A stretch of 64,000 bases of DNA, from positions 40,074 to 104,073 of the forward strand of contig JAAZYV010000028.1 of assembly GCA_014239455.1 (NCBI GenBank). The letters are read 5' to 3'. The notes under the pieces were generated by a model. The model was not told the DNA's origin. It ran no database searches and was given only the letters and a program-made list of their open reading frames with translations. A program made the translations under genes and the position numbers. The first letter of the stretch is position 1; every line of letters begins with the position of its first letter. Of this stretch, positions 1 through 11,500 are shown piece by piece. The DNA comes from Paracoccaceae bacterium. Lineage in GTDB: Bacteria > Pseudomonadota > Alphaproteobacteria > Rhodobacterales > Rhodobacteraceae.

Positions 1-577
<577 letters not shown>

Positions 578-638
578 TTAATGATCCTAATTGATTAAAT
601 ATTTACTGAAGTGTAATTTTTGTAACAATTGATGCTGA

Positions 639-3600
639 TTACCCATCCACCTCTCGATCAAGTAAATCAACACTTAAACCAAGTGATCGAATCTCTTTTA
701 CAAGAACATTAAAAGACTCTGGAATGCCCGCTTCAAAATTATCTTCACCTTTAACAATACTTTCATAAACTTTAGTACGTCCTGCGACATCATCCGATTT
801 AACCGTCAACATTTCCTGTAATGTATATGCTGCACCGTAAGCTTCCAGCGCCCAAACTTCCATTTCACCAAATCTTTGACAACCGAATTGGGCTTTTCCT
901 CCAAGAGGTTGTTGGGTAACCAAACTATAAGGACCAGTGGATCTTGCATGTATCTTTTCATCCACTAGATGATGTAGCTTTAATATATATTTCATCCCTA
1001 TGGTCACAGGTCTAGCGAATTTTTCTCCCGTACGCCCATCATAAACAGTAGATTGACCTGATGCATCTAATCCCGCTCTCAATAATGCATCATTTACATT
1101 GGCCTCCTTAGCACCATCAAAAACAGGTGTTGCTACCGGCACTCCTCCGGTTACATGACTAGCTGCTTCTAAAATCTGATCCTCTTTCATGTCTGAAAAT
1201 GTTTGTTTGTAGAAATTTTTTCCATAAGCAGTTTCCATAGCTCCCTTTAAATTCGATAATTCACCAGATTTCTTATACTCATCAAGTGCATTGCCCACTA
1301 TCTTACCTAAATTATGTGCTGCCCACCCCATGTGAGTTTCCAAAATTTGACCCACATTCATTCGGCTAGGTACACCCAAAGGATTAAGGACTACATCAAC
1401 AGCCGTTCCATCTTCAAGAAACGGCATGTCTTCAATAGGTACCACCCTCGAAATCACCCCTTTGTTGCCATGCCTTCCTGCCATTTTATCACCTGGCTGT
1501 AATTTACGCTTAACAGCAACAAAGACCTTTACCATCTTCATAACACCAGGAAGAAGGTCGTCACCTCGCCTCACTTTATCTACTTTATCATTAAATCTGT
1601 TTTCAAGAGCCTTTTTTTGCACTTCAAACTGTTCGTTCAAAGCTGCGATCTGGGAGATTTTATTTTCATCTTCAATAACAATTTGCCACCATTGACCTCT
1701 TGACAGATCCCCCAGGATTTCCTCAGACAATTGTGTTCCAGCCTTGACTGATCCTGGTCCTTTTATAACTAATTGGTCCAGCAAAAGATTTTTTAGCCTT
1801 GCATAAATGTTTCTCTCTAAAATGACGAGTTCATCATCTCTATCCCGGCTTAACCTCTCTATTTCTTCTCTTTCGATCTGTATAGCTCTTTCATCTTTTT
1901 CAATTCCATGCCTGTTGAAAACACGTACCTCTACTACAGTACCGTGATCGCCAGGACTCATTCTCAAAGATGTATCCCTCACGTCAGACGCTTTTTCACC
2001 AAAAATTGCTCTAAGCAGTTTTTCCTCTGGGGTCATGGGACTTTCACCCTTTGGAGTTATTTTGCCCACTAGTATATCGTTTGGTCCAACTTCAGCACCT
2101 ATATACACAATTCCAGCCTCATCAAGATTTCGAAGGGCTTCCTCACCAACATTAGGAATATCTCTTGTTATCTCCTCTGGACCAAGCTTAGTGTCTCTTG
2201 CAGAGATCTCATATTCTTCAATATGGATAGAGGTGAAAACATCATCCCTGACAATTCTCTCAGAGATTAGAATACTATCTTCGTAGTTGTAACCATTCCA
2301 TGGCATGAATGCGACCATAACATTCTTGCCAAGAGCTAATTCACCCATGTCAGTACACGGGCCATCAGCTATCACTTCACCCTCAGCAATTACATCTCCT
2401 ACTTTGACAAGAGGTTTCTGATTAATGCACGTATTTTGATTCGACCTCTGAAATTTCCTAAGTCTGTAAATATCAACACCTGGATCACCCGGAGCTAAAA
2501 CACCATTCACTCTAATTACTATTCTCATGGCATCTATCTGGTCTATAACTCCACCTCTTCTGGCCATAATTGACGCTCCAGAATCTCTTGCCACAACACT
2601 TTCCATTCCAGTACCAACAAATGGTGCTTCTGCTTTCAATAAAGGAACTGCTTGTCTTTGCATATTAGAACCCATTAAAGCTCTGTTAGCATCATCATTT
2701 TCAAGAAATGGAATGAGTGATGCTGCCACCGAAACAAGCTGTTTTGGACTTACATCTATTAATTCAACTGATTCTTTTGGATTCAGCATATATTCCCCAG
2801 ACTTACGAGTGGAAACTAAATCATTGATAAATTTTCCCTTTTCGTCCAGACGAGCATTAGCCTGCGCAATCGTATATTTCATTTCCTCAGTTGCTGACAT
2901 ATATATAACCTCATCAGTCACCTTGGCTTCCTTCACCTTTCTATAAGGTGTTTCTATAAAACCGTACTTATTCACTCTCGCAAACGATGCTAATGAGTTG
3001 ATTAACCCTATATTTGGACCTTCTGGCGTCTCTATTGGACAAACCCTACCATAATGGGTGGGGTGTACATCACGTACTTCAAATCCAGCCCTATCGCGAG
3101 TTAACCCTCCTGGGCCAAGGGCCGAAAGCCTCCTTTTATGTGTAACTTCTGACAACGGATTAGTCTGATCCATAAATTGCGACAGTTGACTCGATCCAAA
3201 AAACTCCCTCACAGCCGCTGCTACCGGTTTTGCATTGATGAGATCTTGTGGCATTACCGTGTCAATTTCAACTGAAGTCATCCTCTCTCTAATAGCTCTC
3301 TCCATTCGGAGGAGTCCTAACCTATATTGGTTTTCCATTAGCTCACCAACAGATCTCACTCTTCTGTTACCTAAGTGATCAATATCATCAATCTCACCTC
3401 TACCATCTCTTAGCTCTACCAAACCTTTAATTACGGCAATAATATCTTCTTTTCTTAGTGTTCTTTGCGTATCTTCAGCATCCAAATCCAACCGCATATT
3501 TAATTTCACACGACCAACTGCTGACAAATCATATCTCTCAGAATCAAAAAATAAGGAGTCACACAAATTAATAGCAGCATCCAAAGTTGGTGGTTCTCCC

Positions 3601-4784
3601 GGTCTCATTACCCTATAGATATCTACCAACGCCATTTCACTATTAAAATTCTTGTCAGAGGCCATAGTGTTTCTTATGTATGGCCCTATATTAACATTAT
3701 CTATATCCAAAGTAGGGATTTCATTCACACCATTTTCCACTAGCTTAAAAAGTGTTCCTCCTACAATCTCACCAGTTTTCTCATTTATTTCCCATGTCAG
3801 CTCTTCGCCAGCCTCGATCCAAATTTCTCCAGTTTTTTCATTGATCATGTCTACGGCGGCATACCGACCTATCAGATCTTCGAATGGAACGAGTATTTTA
3901 ATAGCATTTGACTGTTCTAACAATTTTTTGACTAATCGGGGTGTAACTTTCTTGCCCGCTTCGGCTATAATCTCCCCTGAATTAGCTTCAACGATATCAA
4001 ATGCTGGCTTAATTCCTCGAATACGTTCTGGAAAAAAAGGACAGGTCCACCCCTTCTTTGGAATATTTTTATAAATTACTTTATTATAGTAAGACTCACA
4101 TATATCCTCCTGGGTCATACCCAAAGCATATAACATGGTTGTCACAGGTAATTTTCTTCTCCTATCTATTCTAACAAAAACCAGATCTTTGGCATCAAAT
4201 TCGAAATCAAGCCAAGAACCTCGATATGGAATTATCCTAGTGGTAAACAATATTTTCCCAGAAGAATGTGTTTTTCCTCTATCATTGTCATAAAACACAC
4301 CAGGTGATCGATGCATCTGGGAGACAACCACCCTTTCGGTTCCATTCACCACAAAGGTCCCATTGGGGGTCATAAGTGGTATATCTCCCATATAAACATC
4401 CTGTTCCTTGATCCCTTTAACAGACTTAGCACCCGTACTTTCATCTATATCAAAAACAACTAATCTCAGTGTTACCTTTAAAGGAGCACTGAAGGTCATA
4501 TCTCTCTGTTGACATTCTTCAACATCGTATTTTGGTGGCTCGAGTTCATAACTCACAAACTCAAGGACGGATGTTTCATTAAAATCTTTTATCGGGAAAA
4601 CGGACTGGAAAACACCCATCATACCTTCATTATCAAGGGGTGAATTATCATCACCAGATTTTAGAAAAAGATCATAAGAAGAACGCTGTACTTCTATAAG
4701 ATTGGGCATATCCGCAACTTCACGTATCTTGCCATAATCTTTTCTGATTCGCTTTTGGTTGATTTGAGCCCTGATCATTCTCAC
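639..4784 (-). CDS. rpoB: DNA-directed RNA polymerase subunit beta
   Basis: 1381-aa ORF with typical beta-subunit blocks ([68 protein letters not shown]). Sits in the rplL-rpoB-rpoC order. Confidence 0.98.
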   Translation of the reverse strand: MRMIRAQINQKRIRKDYGKIREVADMPNLIEVQRSSYDLFLKSGDDNSPLDNEGMMGVFQSVFPIKDFNETSVLEFVSYELEPPKYDVEECQQRDMTFSAPLKVTLRLVVFDIDESTGAKSVKGIKEQDVYMGDIPLMTPNGTFVVNGTERVVVSQMHRSPGVFYDNDRGKTHSSGKILFTTRIIPYRGSWLDFEFDAKDLVFVRIDRRRKLPVTTMLYALGMTQEDICESYYNKVIYKNIPKKGWTCPFFPERIRGIKPAFDIVEANSGEIIAEAGKKVTPRLVKKLLEQSNAIKILVPFEDLIGRYAAVDMINEKTGEIWIEAGEELTWEINEKTGEIVGGTLFKLVENGVNEIPTLDIDNVNIGPYIRNTMASDKNFNSEMALVDIYRVMRPGEPPTLDAAINLCDSLFFDSERYDLSAVGRVKLNMRLDLDAEDTQRTLRKEDIIAVIKGLVELRDGRGEIDDIDHLGNRRVRSVGELMENQYRLGLLRMERAIRERMTSVEIDTVMPQDLINAKPVAAAVREFFGSSQLSQFMDQTNPLSEVTHKRRLSALGPGGLTRDRAGFEVRDVHPTHYGRVCPIETPEGPNIGLINSLASFARVNKYGFIETPYRKVKEAKVTDEVIYMSATEEMKYTIAQANARLDEKGKFINDLVSTRKSGEYMLNPKESVELIDVSPKQLVSVAASLIPFLENDDANRALMGSNMQRQAVPLLKAEAPFVGTGMESVVARDSGASIMARRGGVIDQIDAMRIVIRVNGVLAPGDPGVDIYRLRKFQRSNQNTCINQKPLVKVGDVIAEGEVIADGPCTDMGELALGKNVMVAFMPWNGYNYEDSILISERIVRDDVFTSIHIEEYEISARDTKLGPEEITRDIPNVGEEALRNLDEAGIVYIGAEVGPNDILVGKITPKGESPMTPEEKLLRAIFGEKASDVRDTSLRMSPGDHGTVVEVRVFNRHGIEKDERAIQIEREEIERLSRDRDDELVILERNIYARLKNLLLDQLVIKGPGSVKAGTQLSEEILGDLSRGQWWQIVIEDENKISQIAALNEQFEVQKKALENRFNDKVDKVRRGDDLLPGVMKMVKVFVAVKRKLQPGDKMAGRHGNKGVISRVVPIEDMPFLEDGTAVDVVLNPLGVPSRMNVGQILETHMGWAAHNLGKIVGNALDEYKKSGELSNLKGAMETAYGKNFYKQTFSDMKEDQILEAASHVTGGVPVATPVFDGAKEANVNDALLRAGLDASGQSTVYDGRTGEKFARPVTIGMKYILKLHHLVDEKIHARSTGPYSLVTQQPLGGKAQFGCQRFGEMEVWALEAYGAAYTLQEMLTVKSDDVAGRTKVYESIVKGEDNFEAGIPESFNVLVKEIRSLGLSVDLLDREVDG

Positions 4785-4949
4785 CTCTGCTTGTCCCGAA
4801 CCTAAAATGCATAATTGCTTTAGACTCTATAGTTAATTATGATGACTTAGATAACCGATTTACTTGTTATCAATTAAATCATTAACTTATGCTATTTGCT
4901 CCCGGTACCATAGTGCAGCACCGGCTAGCAAAACATAAATATCTAAATA

Positions 4950-5348
4950 TTACTTGAGTTCAACCTCTGCTCCTGCCTCTTCTAACTGAGCTTTGATTTT
5001 TTCAGCTTCATCCTTTGAGGCTGCTTCTTTAACAGCTTTTCCACCCGCTTCTACCAAATCTTTTGCCTCCTTCAAACCTAATCCCGTAATTGTACGAACT
5101 TCTTTGATAACATTAATCTTCTTCTCTCCAGCTGACTTCAGAATGACATCAAACTCTGTCTTTTCATCTGAACTACCCTCGCTATCACCTGCACCTCCAG
5201 CTGGGCCAGCCATCATCACTGCTCCACCCGTAGCAGCCTCAATACCATATTCATCTTTCAGCACTTTCTTTAGTTCAACTGCTTCAAGTAGAGTTAATCC
5301 AACAATTTCTTCAGCTAATTTTTTTACATCCGCCATAATAATTTCCAT
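4950..5348 (-). CDS. rplL: 50S ribosomal protein L7/L12
   Basis: Ala/Glu-rich ORF ending ...[14 protein letters not shown] with [21 protein letters not shown]; follows rplJ. The true start may be the ATG at 5336 (MADVKKL...). Confidence 0.96.
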   Translation of the reverse strand: MEIIMADVKKLAEEIVGLTLLEAVELKKVLKDEYGIEAATGGAVMMAGPAGGAGDSEGSSDEKTEFDVILKSAGEKKINVIKEVRTITGLGLKEAKDLVEAGGKAVKEAASKDEAEKIKAQLEEAGAEVELK

Positions 5349-5423
5349 TCACCTTAATTAATCAGTTTCAATTTCATTTGTTTACAAGTTTTTCTTTGAT
5401 CAAATCCCGTTAAACTTAGATCC

Positions 5424-5939
5424 TCAGGCTGCCTTTTTTTCCTCTATAGCAGAAACTATGCCTGCAATGGAATTGCCCGGAGATAATATATATTGGGCCA
5501 ACTCGGAAGCTGGAGCTCCAATACAACCAGCAATAGTTCCAATAAGTTCTTCCCTAGAAGGCATCTTAGACAGGTTCTTAATACCTTCAAGATTCAATAT
5601 TTCCTCACCTATTGAACCCCCAAGTATACTTAACTTCTCATTCTCCTCAGAAAACTTTACTGCTACCTTAACGGCTGTTAGTGGATCTTCAGAAAATAAA
5701 AGAACTGTCTGCCCTTGCAAAAAATCTATTAATCCAGCATTTGGTTTACCGTCCAAAGCAATCTTTGACAATCTGTTCTTAGCTACCTTCACGCCAGAAC
5801 CAGAATTCCTCATTCGAATTCTTAGCTGGGACATGTCAGACACCGTCAAACCAGAATAGTGAGCAACTACCACAACTCCCGATTCCGAAAAGATTTGGCC
5901 CAATTCTTTCACAACTATTTCTTTTTGTTCTCTATTCAA
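5424..5939 (-). CDS. rplJ: 50S ribosomal protein L10
   Basis: 171-aa ORF (MNREQKEIVVKEL...VVAHYSGLTVSDMSQLR) positioned between rplA and rplL. Confidence 0.95.
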   Translation of the reverse strand: MNREQKEIVVKELGQIFSESGVVVVAHYSGLTVSDMSQLRIRMRNSGSGVKVAKNRLSKIALDGKPNAGLIDFLQGQTVLLFSEDPLTAVKVAVKFSEENEKLSILGGSIGEEILNLEGIKNLSKMPSREELIGTIAGCIGAPASELAQYILSPGNSIAGIVSAIEEKKAA

Positions 5940-6172
5940 GCTCCTACTCCAAATATTGAAGGGTTTAACCCTATTAATTTTAGATCAAAACCTATTGATC
6001 CACTAAATATGTCCGGGATCCCAACAAGATCGGTCAAATTTCAAATAAAACCAACTTTTTAGTGCTCCTATCTAAGGCGGGTCTTAATCTCAAAGAGAGC
6101 CCACCATCTCGGACAGTCTATACTCAACTCCATAAAGCCAAGCATTTCCCCTCAAGCAAGGGAACCTCAAAT
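5940..6172 (-). promoter_or_regulatory. Candidate structured rplJ (L10) leader with a hairpin after rplA
   Basis: 233-nt spacer in an otherwise tight operon. The minus-strand RNA can form UUCCCU-7nt-GGGGAA just after the rplA stop (plus coordinates 6146..6164). It can also form GGUGGG...CCCGCC (6076..6081 with 6100..6105), whose G-U pair exists only in the sense transcript. Confidence 0.35.
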
Positions 6173-6865
6173 TCATTCAGCTTCGTTTTGAATCACCATT
6201 GATTTACCCATAGTTGAAGATATTGAAACTTTCTTAATAAATATTCCCTTGGCACCAGATGGTCTTGCCTTATTTATTGCATTTATAAAAGCCTTATAAT
6301 TTTCTACTAGCTTTTCTTTTTCAAATGACACTTTTCCAATACCAGCATGTATAACACCAGCCTTTTCAGCCTTGAATTGAACTTCTCCACCTTTTGCAGC
6401 TGCCACAGCTTGAGCGACTTCAGGCGTAACAGTACCCAATTTGGGATTCGGCATCAAATTTCTTGGTCCCAAAATTTTTCCTAGGCGACCTACTAACGGC
6501 ATCATGTCTGGAGTAGCTATACATCTATCAAAATTCAGATCACCAGCTTGAATACTTTCCATCAAATCTTCTGCTCCGACAAGCTCAGCACCAGCTTTTT
6601 TTGCGGCCTCCGCCTTCTCTCCTCTAGCAAAGACAGCTACTCGTATTGATTTACCAGTACCATTGGGCAAAGAACAAACCCCCCTGACAACTTGATCTGC
6701 ATGCCTAGGGTCAACGCCCAAATTAACTGCCACATCAACTGTTTCGTCAAATTTGGCACTAGCGGAAGACCTTACCAAGTCTATAGCTTCTTCAGCGAGC
6801 AAAGAATGCTTGTCTGCAAACACTTTCTCTTGCTCAGTCCTTTTTTTACTTTGCTTTGGCACCAC
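6173..6865 (-). CDS. rplA: 50S ribosomal protein L1
   Basis: 230-aa ORF with [24 protein letters not shown] and [15 protein letters not shown]; 1-nt gap after rplK. Confidence 0.97.
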   Translation of the reverse strand: MVPKQSKKRTEQEKVFADKHSLLAEEAIDLVRSSASAKFDETVDVAVNLGVDPRHADQVVRGVCSLPNGTGKSIRVAVFARGEKAEAAKKAGAELVGAEDLMESIQAGDLNFDRCIATPDMMPLVGRLGKILGPRNLMPNPKLGTVTPEVAQAVAAAKGGEVQFKAEKAGVIHAGIGKVSFEKEKLVENYKAFINAINKARPSGAKGIFIKKVSISSTMGKSMVIQNEAE

Positions 6866-6866
6866 G

Positions 6867-7295
6867 TTAATCCTTTACTTCTATCCCCATTGACCTGGCA
6901 GATCCCATTATTACTTTCATGGCGCCATCTAAATCACTTGCATTCAAATCTTGCATTTTAGCTTCAGCAATCTCCCTTATTTGTCGAGAGGACACGCTAG
7001 CAACAGTTTCCTTCCCAGTCATTTGAGCTCCCGATTTAATCTTTGCTGCCTTTTTTAGAAAAAAAGATGCAGGCGGGGTTTTTATCTCCATAGAAAACGA
7101 TTTGTCAACATAATAGGTTATTATTGTGGGACAAGGGGCTCCTGGTTCTACCTCTTGAGTTTTTGCATTAAAGGCCTTGCAAAACTCCATAATATTCAAA
7201 CCACGCTGCCCAAGTGCCGGACCAACCGGTGGCGATGGGTTTGCTTTCCCTGCAGGTATTTGCAACTTCAGTTCCCCTGCTACTTTTTTTGCCAT
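6867..7295 (-). CDS. rplK: 50S ribosomal protein L11
   Basis: 142-aa ORF: [37 protein letters not shown]. Confidence 0.97.
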   Translation of the reverse strand: MAKKVAGELKLQIPAGKANPSPPVGPALGQRGLNIMEFCKAFNAKTQEVEPGAPCPTIITYYVDKSFSMEIKTPPASFFLKKAAKIKSGAQMTGKETVASVSSRQIREIAEAKMQDLNASDLDGAMKVIMGSARSMGIEVKD

Positions 7296-7363
7296 GTTTT
7301 ATTCCTAAATTCTAATTCTATTAATGCTGCAATTTCTAATCAGATATAATTCCTAATCAGATA

Positions 7364-7897
7364 TCAAGTTTGCTTTTGAACCTGAGAATACTCCAACTCT
7401 ACGGGAGTTGCCCTGCCAAAAATTGAAACTGAAACCTTCAGCCTATTATTTACTTCATCGACTTCTTCAACTAAACCAGTAAACCCCTCAAAAGGCCCAT
7501 CGACTACGTTAACTCGTTCACCCGTCTCGTAGTTGATCAAAGCACGTGGTTTCTCTATTCCTTCTTCCACTTGATTCAAAATTCTTGCCACCTCTGAATC
7601 AGCCAGCGGCATAGGTTTTCCTTGTTGTCCGAGGAATCCAGTTACCCTATTAGTATCCTTAATCAAGTGGTAACTCTTATCAGTCATGTTCATCCTAACT
7701 AATACATATCCCGGCATGAAACGTCTCTCCGATTGGACTTTTTTTCCCCTCCGCACCTCAAGTACCTCTTCAGTAGGGACAAGCACCTGCTCTATCTCAT
7801 TTTGGAGAGAATTCTGCACTATGGCCTCTTTTATATTTTCGGCTACTCTCTTCTCAAAGTTAGAAAGCACACTTATGGAATACCAACGCATTGCCAT
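7364..7897 (-). CDS. nusG: Transcription termination/antitermination factor NusG
   Basis: 177-aa ORF starting MAMRWYSISVLSNFEKRV with a C-terminal KOW-like segment (GERVNVVDGPFEGFTGLVEEVD). Sits in the secE-nusG-rplK order. Confidence 0.95.
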   Translation of the reverse strand: MAMRWYSISVLSNFEKRVAENIKEAIVQNSLQNEIEQVLVPTEEVLEVRRGKKVQSERRFMPGYVLVRMNMTDKSYHLIKDTNRVTGFLGQQGKPMPLADSEVARILNQVEEGIEKPRALINYETGERVNVVDGPFEGFTGLVEEVDEVNNRLKVSVSIFGRATPVELEYSQVQKQT

Positions 7898-8050
7898 TAC
7901 CCAAACACCTCATAGACACAACCCCACGTGACCTATCTGGATTTCTATTTAAATAAGCCATGTTACCATACAAGACCCCTGATACCTAATAACCCAGGAG
8001 CGAATCGAATATTATAATAGGCTAGGCTATACAACCGCTACTTTGATTTT

Positions 8051-8242
8051 TCAAGAGGCTAACTTCAAAATAATGTCTAAAATATTACTGGTCATAGTAT
8101 CAATTAAAAAGAAAAACAAAGCCACTATAGCTGACATCACAAAAACCATCAAAGTTGTGGTCATTGTCTCTTTCCTGGTGGGCCAGACTATTTTTGATAC
8201 TTCGTTACGAACTTGTTGCACGTATTTTAGTGGATTGGCCAT
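8051..8242 (-). CDS. secE: Preprotein translocase subunit SecE
   Basis: 63-aa ORF with KYVQQVRNEVSKIVWPTRKET followed by one TM helix. Lies between tRNA-Trp and nusG, the canonical position. Confidence 0.88.
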   Translation of the reverse strand: MANPLKYVQQVRNEVSKIVWPTRKETMTTTLMVFVMSAIVALFFFLIDTMTSNILDIILKLAS

Positions 8243-8294
8243 AGTAAAACTCCAAAAATATTGCCAGATTTATACAGACATCTTATAGTTAATT

Positions 8295-8370
8295 TGGCAG
8301 GGGCTGAGGGACTCGAACCCACGACCCTCGGTTTTGGAGACCGATGCTCTACCAACTGAGCTAAACCCCT
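8295..8370 (-). tRNA. trnW: tRNA-Trp (anticodon CCA)
   Basis: Reverse complement AGGGGTTTAGCTCAGTTGGTAGAGCATCGGTCTCCAAAACCGAGGGTCGTGGGTTCGAGTCCCTCAGCCCCTGCCA folds as a cloverleaf. It has a 7-bp acceptor stem, anticodon loop CUCCAAA, T-loop GGTTCGAGTCC and an encoded 3' CCA. Confidence 0.95.
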
Positions 8371-8615
8371 TTAATTCCAAGCTTGTTTAATGAGTTTAGA
8401 GAGAATTTGCAAGTTAATAGAATGTGAGTGCTATGGGTGAGTGAAAATATACCAAATTTGAACATCAAGGATTTACATATTGCAGAGAACACATCAAGGA
8501 AATTGCCTCAGCAGGCGAAAATGCTTGCAAAATTTTAGATTTAAAAGATAACAAGAGCTATTCTTAAATAATTCAAATCCCCAAGATTGTAGCGGAAATT
8601 AGATAGGAATTTGGG

Positions 8616-10331
8616 ATGAAACGCATACTGATTACCTCAGCTCTACCATATATTAATGGCGTAAAACACTTAGGAAACTTAATTGGCAGCCAGCTTCCTA
8701 GTGATGTCTATGCTAGATTCATGAGAGCCTTAGGTTTTGAAGTGCTTTTCATTTGCGCAACGGATGAGCATGGAACTCCCGCTGAACTAGCAGCCAGAAA
8801 CAAAAATATTCCTGTTGGCGATTTCTGTAAAGAAATGTGGTCAATACAAAAAGAAATTGCTGATAATTTTCATATTTCATTTGACCATTTCGGTCGATCT
8901 TCTAGTCAACAAAACCACAATTTGACGCAACACTTCGCTTCACAGTTATGGGAAAACGGTTTCATTGAGGAAGTAGAAGAAGAACAAGTTTACTCATTAG
9001 ATGATAATCGATTTCTTCCGGATAGATATATTACTGGCACCTGTCCAGCTTGTAAATATGAAAAAGCTCGTGGTGATCAATGCGAAAATTGTACTAAGCA
9101 GCTAGATCCAACTGACTTAATAAATCCAAAATCGACAATTTCAGGTTCAAAATCGCTTGAAATTCGTACGACCAAACACCTTTTTCTAAAACAAAGCCTG
9201 CTTAAAGATAGGCTTGCGAAATGGCTTGATACAAAAGAAAAATGGCCCTTACTAACAAAATCTATCGCAAAAAAATGGTTAAATGCCAAAGAAGGTCTTA
9301 AAGATCGAGCTATTACCAGGGATCTTTCGTGGGGGGTTCCTGTCAAAAAATATGGCGCTATTTGGCCTGGTTTTGAAAATAAAGTGTTTTATGTCTGGTT
9401 CGATGCCCCTATTGCTTACATAGCCGCTACCAAAGAATGGTCTGATGAACATAAATTGAAAGAATCTTCCTGGAAACGCTGGTGGTTAACTGACCAAGGA
9501 GCTGAAGAAGTTTCTTATGTTCAATTCATGGCTAAGGACAACATCCCTTTCCACACAATTTCATTTCCAGCTACTATTTTTGGATCTGGAGAAAATTGGA
9601 AGCAAGTAGACTTCATAAAAGGATTCAACTGGTTACTTTATGAGGGAGGAAAATTCTCTACCAGTGAGAAACGTGGAATATTTATGGATAAGGCATTAGA
9701 TCTTTACCCAGCTGACTACTGGCGCTGGTGGCTTCTAGCAAATGCTCCAGAAAACTCAGATACTGATTTTACTTGGGAGAGTTTTCAATCCACAATCAAT
9801 AAAGACCTAGCAGATGTTTTAGGAAATTTCATATCTAGGGTATCTAGTTTTTCTGTGTCAAAATTTGGGCATAGAATTCCAAACAACAATCAATACGGAA
9901 AATTAGAGAAAACGACTACGAGAAAAATAGAAATCCATTATGGACACTTGAAAGAACTTATGAAGGGGATAGAAATAAGGAAATCGTGTAATGAGCTTCG
10001 GAGTATTTGGGTAATAGGGAATGAATATCTGCAGGAGGCCGCTCCCTGGTCAGTGTTTAAGGAGAATCCTGAAAAATCTAAAATGATCATTAGGTTTGCA
10101 TTAAATCTAATCAACTTTTATTCACTTATCTCAGAACCCTTCATCCCTGGTACATGTAAAAAGATTCAGAGTCATTTCCAGTTTACTAAATTGAATGAGT
10201 TACCTGAAAATCTCAGTCTTTTTCTTGATACTCTTAGTAATGACCATGAAATTTCTGTTCCAAAAATTTTATTTCCAAAGATAACTGATGAAGAACGATC
10301 AAAGTATCAACAAAATTTTTCCGGATGTTAA
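8616..10331 (+). CDS. metG: Methionine--tRNA ligase
   Basis: 571-aa ORF with a HIGH-type motif ([11 protein letters not shown]), a zinc knuckle ([17 protein letters not shown]) and a KMSKS-type motif (KFSTSEKRG). Confidence 0.95.
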   Translation: MKRILITSALPYINGVKHLGNLIGSQLPSDVYARFMRALGFEVLFICATDEHGTPAELAARNKNIPVGDFCKEMWSIQKEIADNFHISFDHFGRSSSQQNHNLTQHFASQLWENGFIEEVEEEQVYSLDDNRFLPDRYITGTCPACKYEKARGDQCENCTKQLDPTDLINPKSTISGSKSLEIRTTKHLFLKQSLLKDRLAKWLDTKEKWPLLTKSIAKKWLNAKEGLKDRAITRDLSWGVPVKKYGAIWPGFENKVFYVWFDAPIAYIAATKEWSDEHKLKESSWKRWWLTDQGAEEVSYVQFMAKDNIPFHTISFPATIFGSGENWKQVDFIKGFNWLLYEGGKFSTSEKRGIFMDKALDLYPADYWRWWLLANAPENSDTDFTWESFQSTINKDLADVLGNFISRVSSFSVSKFGHRIPNNNQYGKLEKTTTRKIEIHYGHLKELMKGIEIRKSCNELRSIWVIGNEYLQEAAPWSVFKENPEKSKMIIRFALNLINFYSLISEPFIPGTCKKIQSHFQFTKLNELPENLSLFLDTLSNDHEISVPKILFPKITDEERSKYQQNFSGC

Positions 10332-10377
10332 CACTAGAACCTTAATTTAATAATGTTCCTTTCCGCCTTAAAAAAGA

Positions 10378-10812
10378 TTATTCTATCCATTTATAAACTT
10401 GATAACCAATGGCAGCCATCACCCCCGAAATTAGCATTCCCCACAAGATATCGACAATTACTAGTATCGCTTTCCAATCCTTTAATACTAAGTAATTGGT
10501 AAGTTCGTATGTTCCAAACGCTATCAACCCGAGGAAACTTCCAGAAAAAATCGCAACTATTAATGAATCTGATCTTAGACCCGCTTTTGTGGCAAACCAA
10601 TAAACTCCCATAACGTAAGACAAGTAAAAAAGTGCCGCGAGAACAAAATTCGTATTCTCTCTCATCAAATGACCAATATGCTTAAGAAATAATGGTTGAA
10701 TAATATTTGTCAGGACAATTATTTCTCCACAAACGAAAAATGTAAGCATAGCCAGATAAGTGATCCCAAACTGTACCATTTGTACCTCCCAAAACACTAA
10801 TAACTCTATCAC
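10378..10812 (-). CDS. DUF2177-like integral membrane protein
   Basis: Four predicted hydrophobic helices with a pattern reminiscent of the DUF2177 family. The GTG at 10812 is the longest start; the ATG at 10779 (MVQFGITYL...) is an alternative. Confidence 0.55.
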   Translation of the reverse strand: MIELLVFWEVQMVQFGITYLAMLTFFVCGEIIVLTNIIQPLFLKHIGHLMRENTNFVLAALFYLSYVMGVYWFATKAGLRSDSLIVAIFSGSFLGLIAFGTYELTNYLVLKDWKAILVIVDILWGMLISGVMAAIGYQVYKWIE

Positions 10813-11382
10813 AGGTGCAGATAATAGCTTAACAAATTAACAAAGAAATTAAAATTCCAACAAAGCCAAAAACTTAATTAGCGTGAAGATACCCCCAAAA
10901 AAACTTTTTTCTGCAAGAAAATCGTTCCTTAAGTTGGCACTATGGAAATGAGAATTAATCCAAAGATTAAACAACATTCATATTTGCGAAGCAAATACAC
11001 ATATGTGATATGAGCTTAATCGCTAAGCTAAGTTTAGCCAATTAAGGAGAATTTAGTAAAAAGATTAGTTCTATATCAGCAATAACTGTAAATATGTAGG
11101 CATTGCCTTTATTAGAAACATTCTTGACCTTAATGATGACGTTTGGCATACACTCAGACTAACGACTACTAGGTGTCTATTACGAGGAGGTTTTCTAATT
11201 ACATGCAGCAAAACTTGGATTTAGAAGGAGCCACTTTGTGCGAAGACGCAATAATCTCCCTTAACACCTCAAAATCTGCAGTACGCTATAAGTGTCTTGG
11301 AGAAATCCAGTGACAATTCTGGTGACAATGTAATGTGTAGCATAAGTAAGATAACTAAACTAAAACAAGGACTTATAACAAT

Positions 11383-11469
11383 GCCCGCTTGGTGGAATTG
11401 GTAGACACAAGGGACTTAAAATCCCTCGACCTAAAAGTCGTGCCGGTTCGAGTCCGGCAGCGGGCACCA
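11383..11469 (+). tRNA. trnL: tRNA-Leu (anticodon UAA)
   Basis: GCCCGCTTGGTGGAATTGGTAGACACAAGGGACTTAAAATCCCTCGACCTAAAAGTCGTGCCGGTTCGAGTCCGGCAGCGGGCACCA. Acceptor GCCCGCT/AGCGGGC, anticodon loop CUUAAAA, long variable arm (CGAC..GTCG), T-arm GCCGG-TTCGAGT-CCGGC, encoded CCA. Confidence 0.93.
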
Positions 11470-11500
11470 CAATCCAGATAAACCTCAAAATTTTAATTTT

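Noticed and set aside
1314-4074. Five plus-strand ORFs of 62-140 aa inside rpoB.
   Set aside because: They are antisense to a highly conserved gene, their sequences are low-complexity and Ser/Pro/Ile-rich, and they have no start context. These are typical shadow ORFs.
8043-8288. 81-aa plus-strand ORF overlapping secE.
   Set aside because: It is antisense to secE, whose sequence and position (tRNA-Trp-secE-nusG) are canonical.
10813-11382. Possibility that the large gap holds tmRNA, 6S RNA, SRP RNA or RNase P RNA.
   Set aside because: The region has no second T-arm (GGTTCGA-type) outside tRNA-Leu and no ANDN..AA-type tag reading frame. It also lacks the SRP GGAA/AGCA domain-IV motif and the RNase P GAGGAAAGTCC box. 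It is kept as an unexplained region instead.
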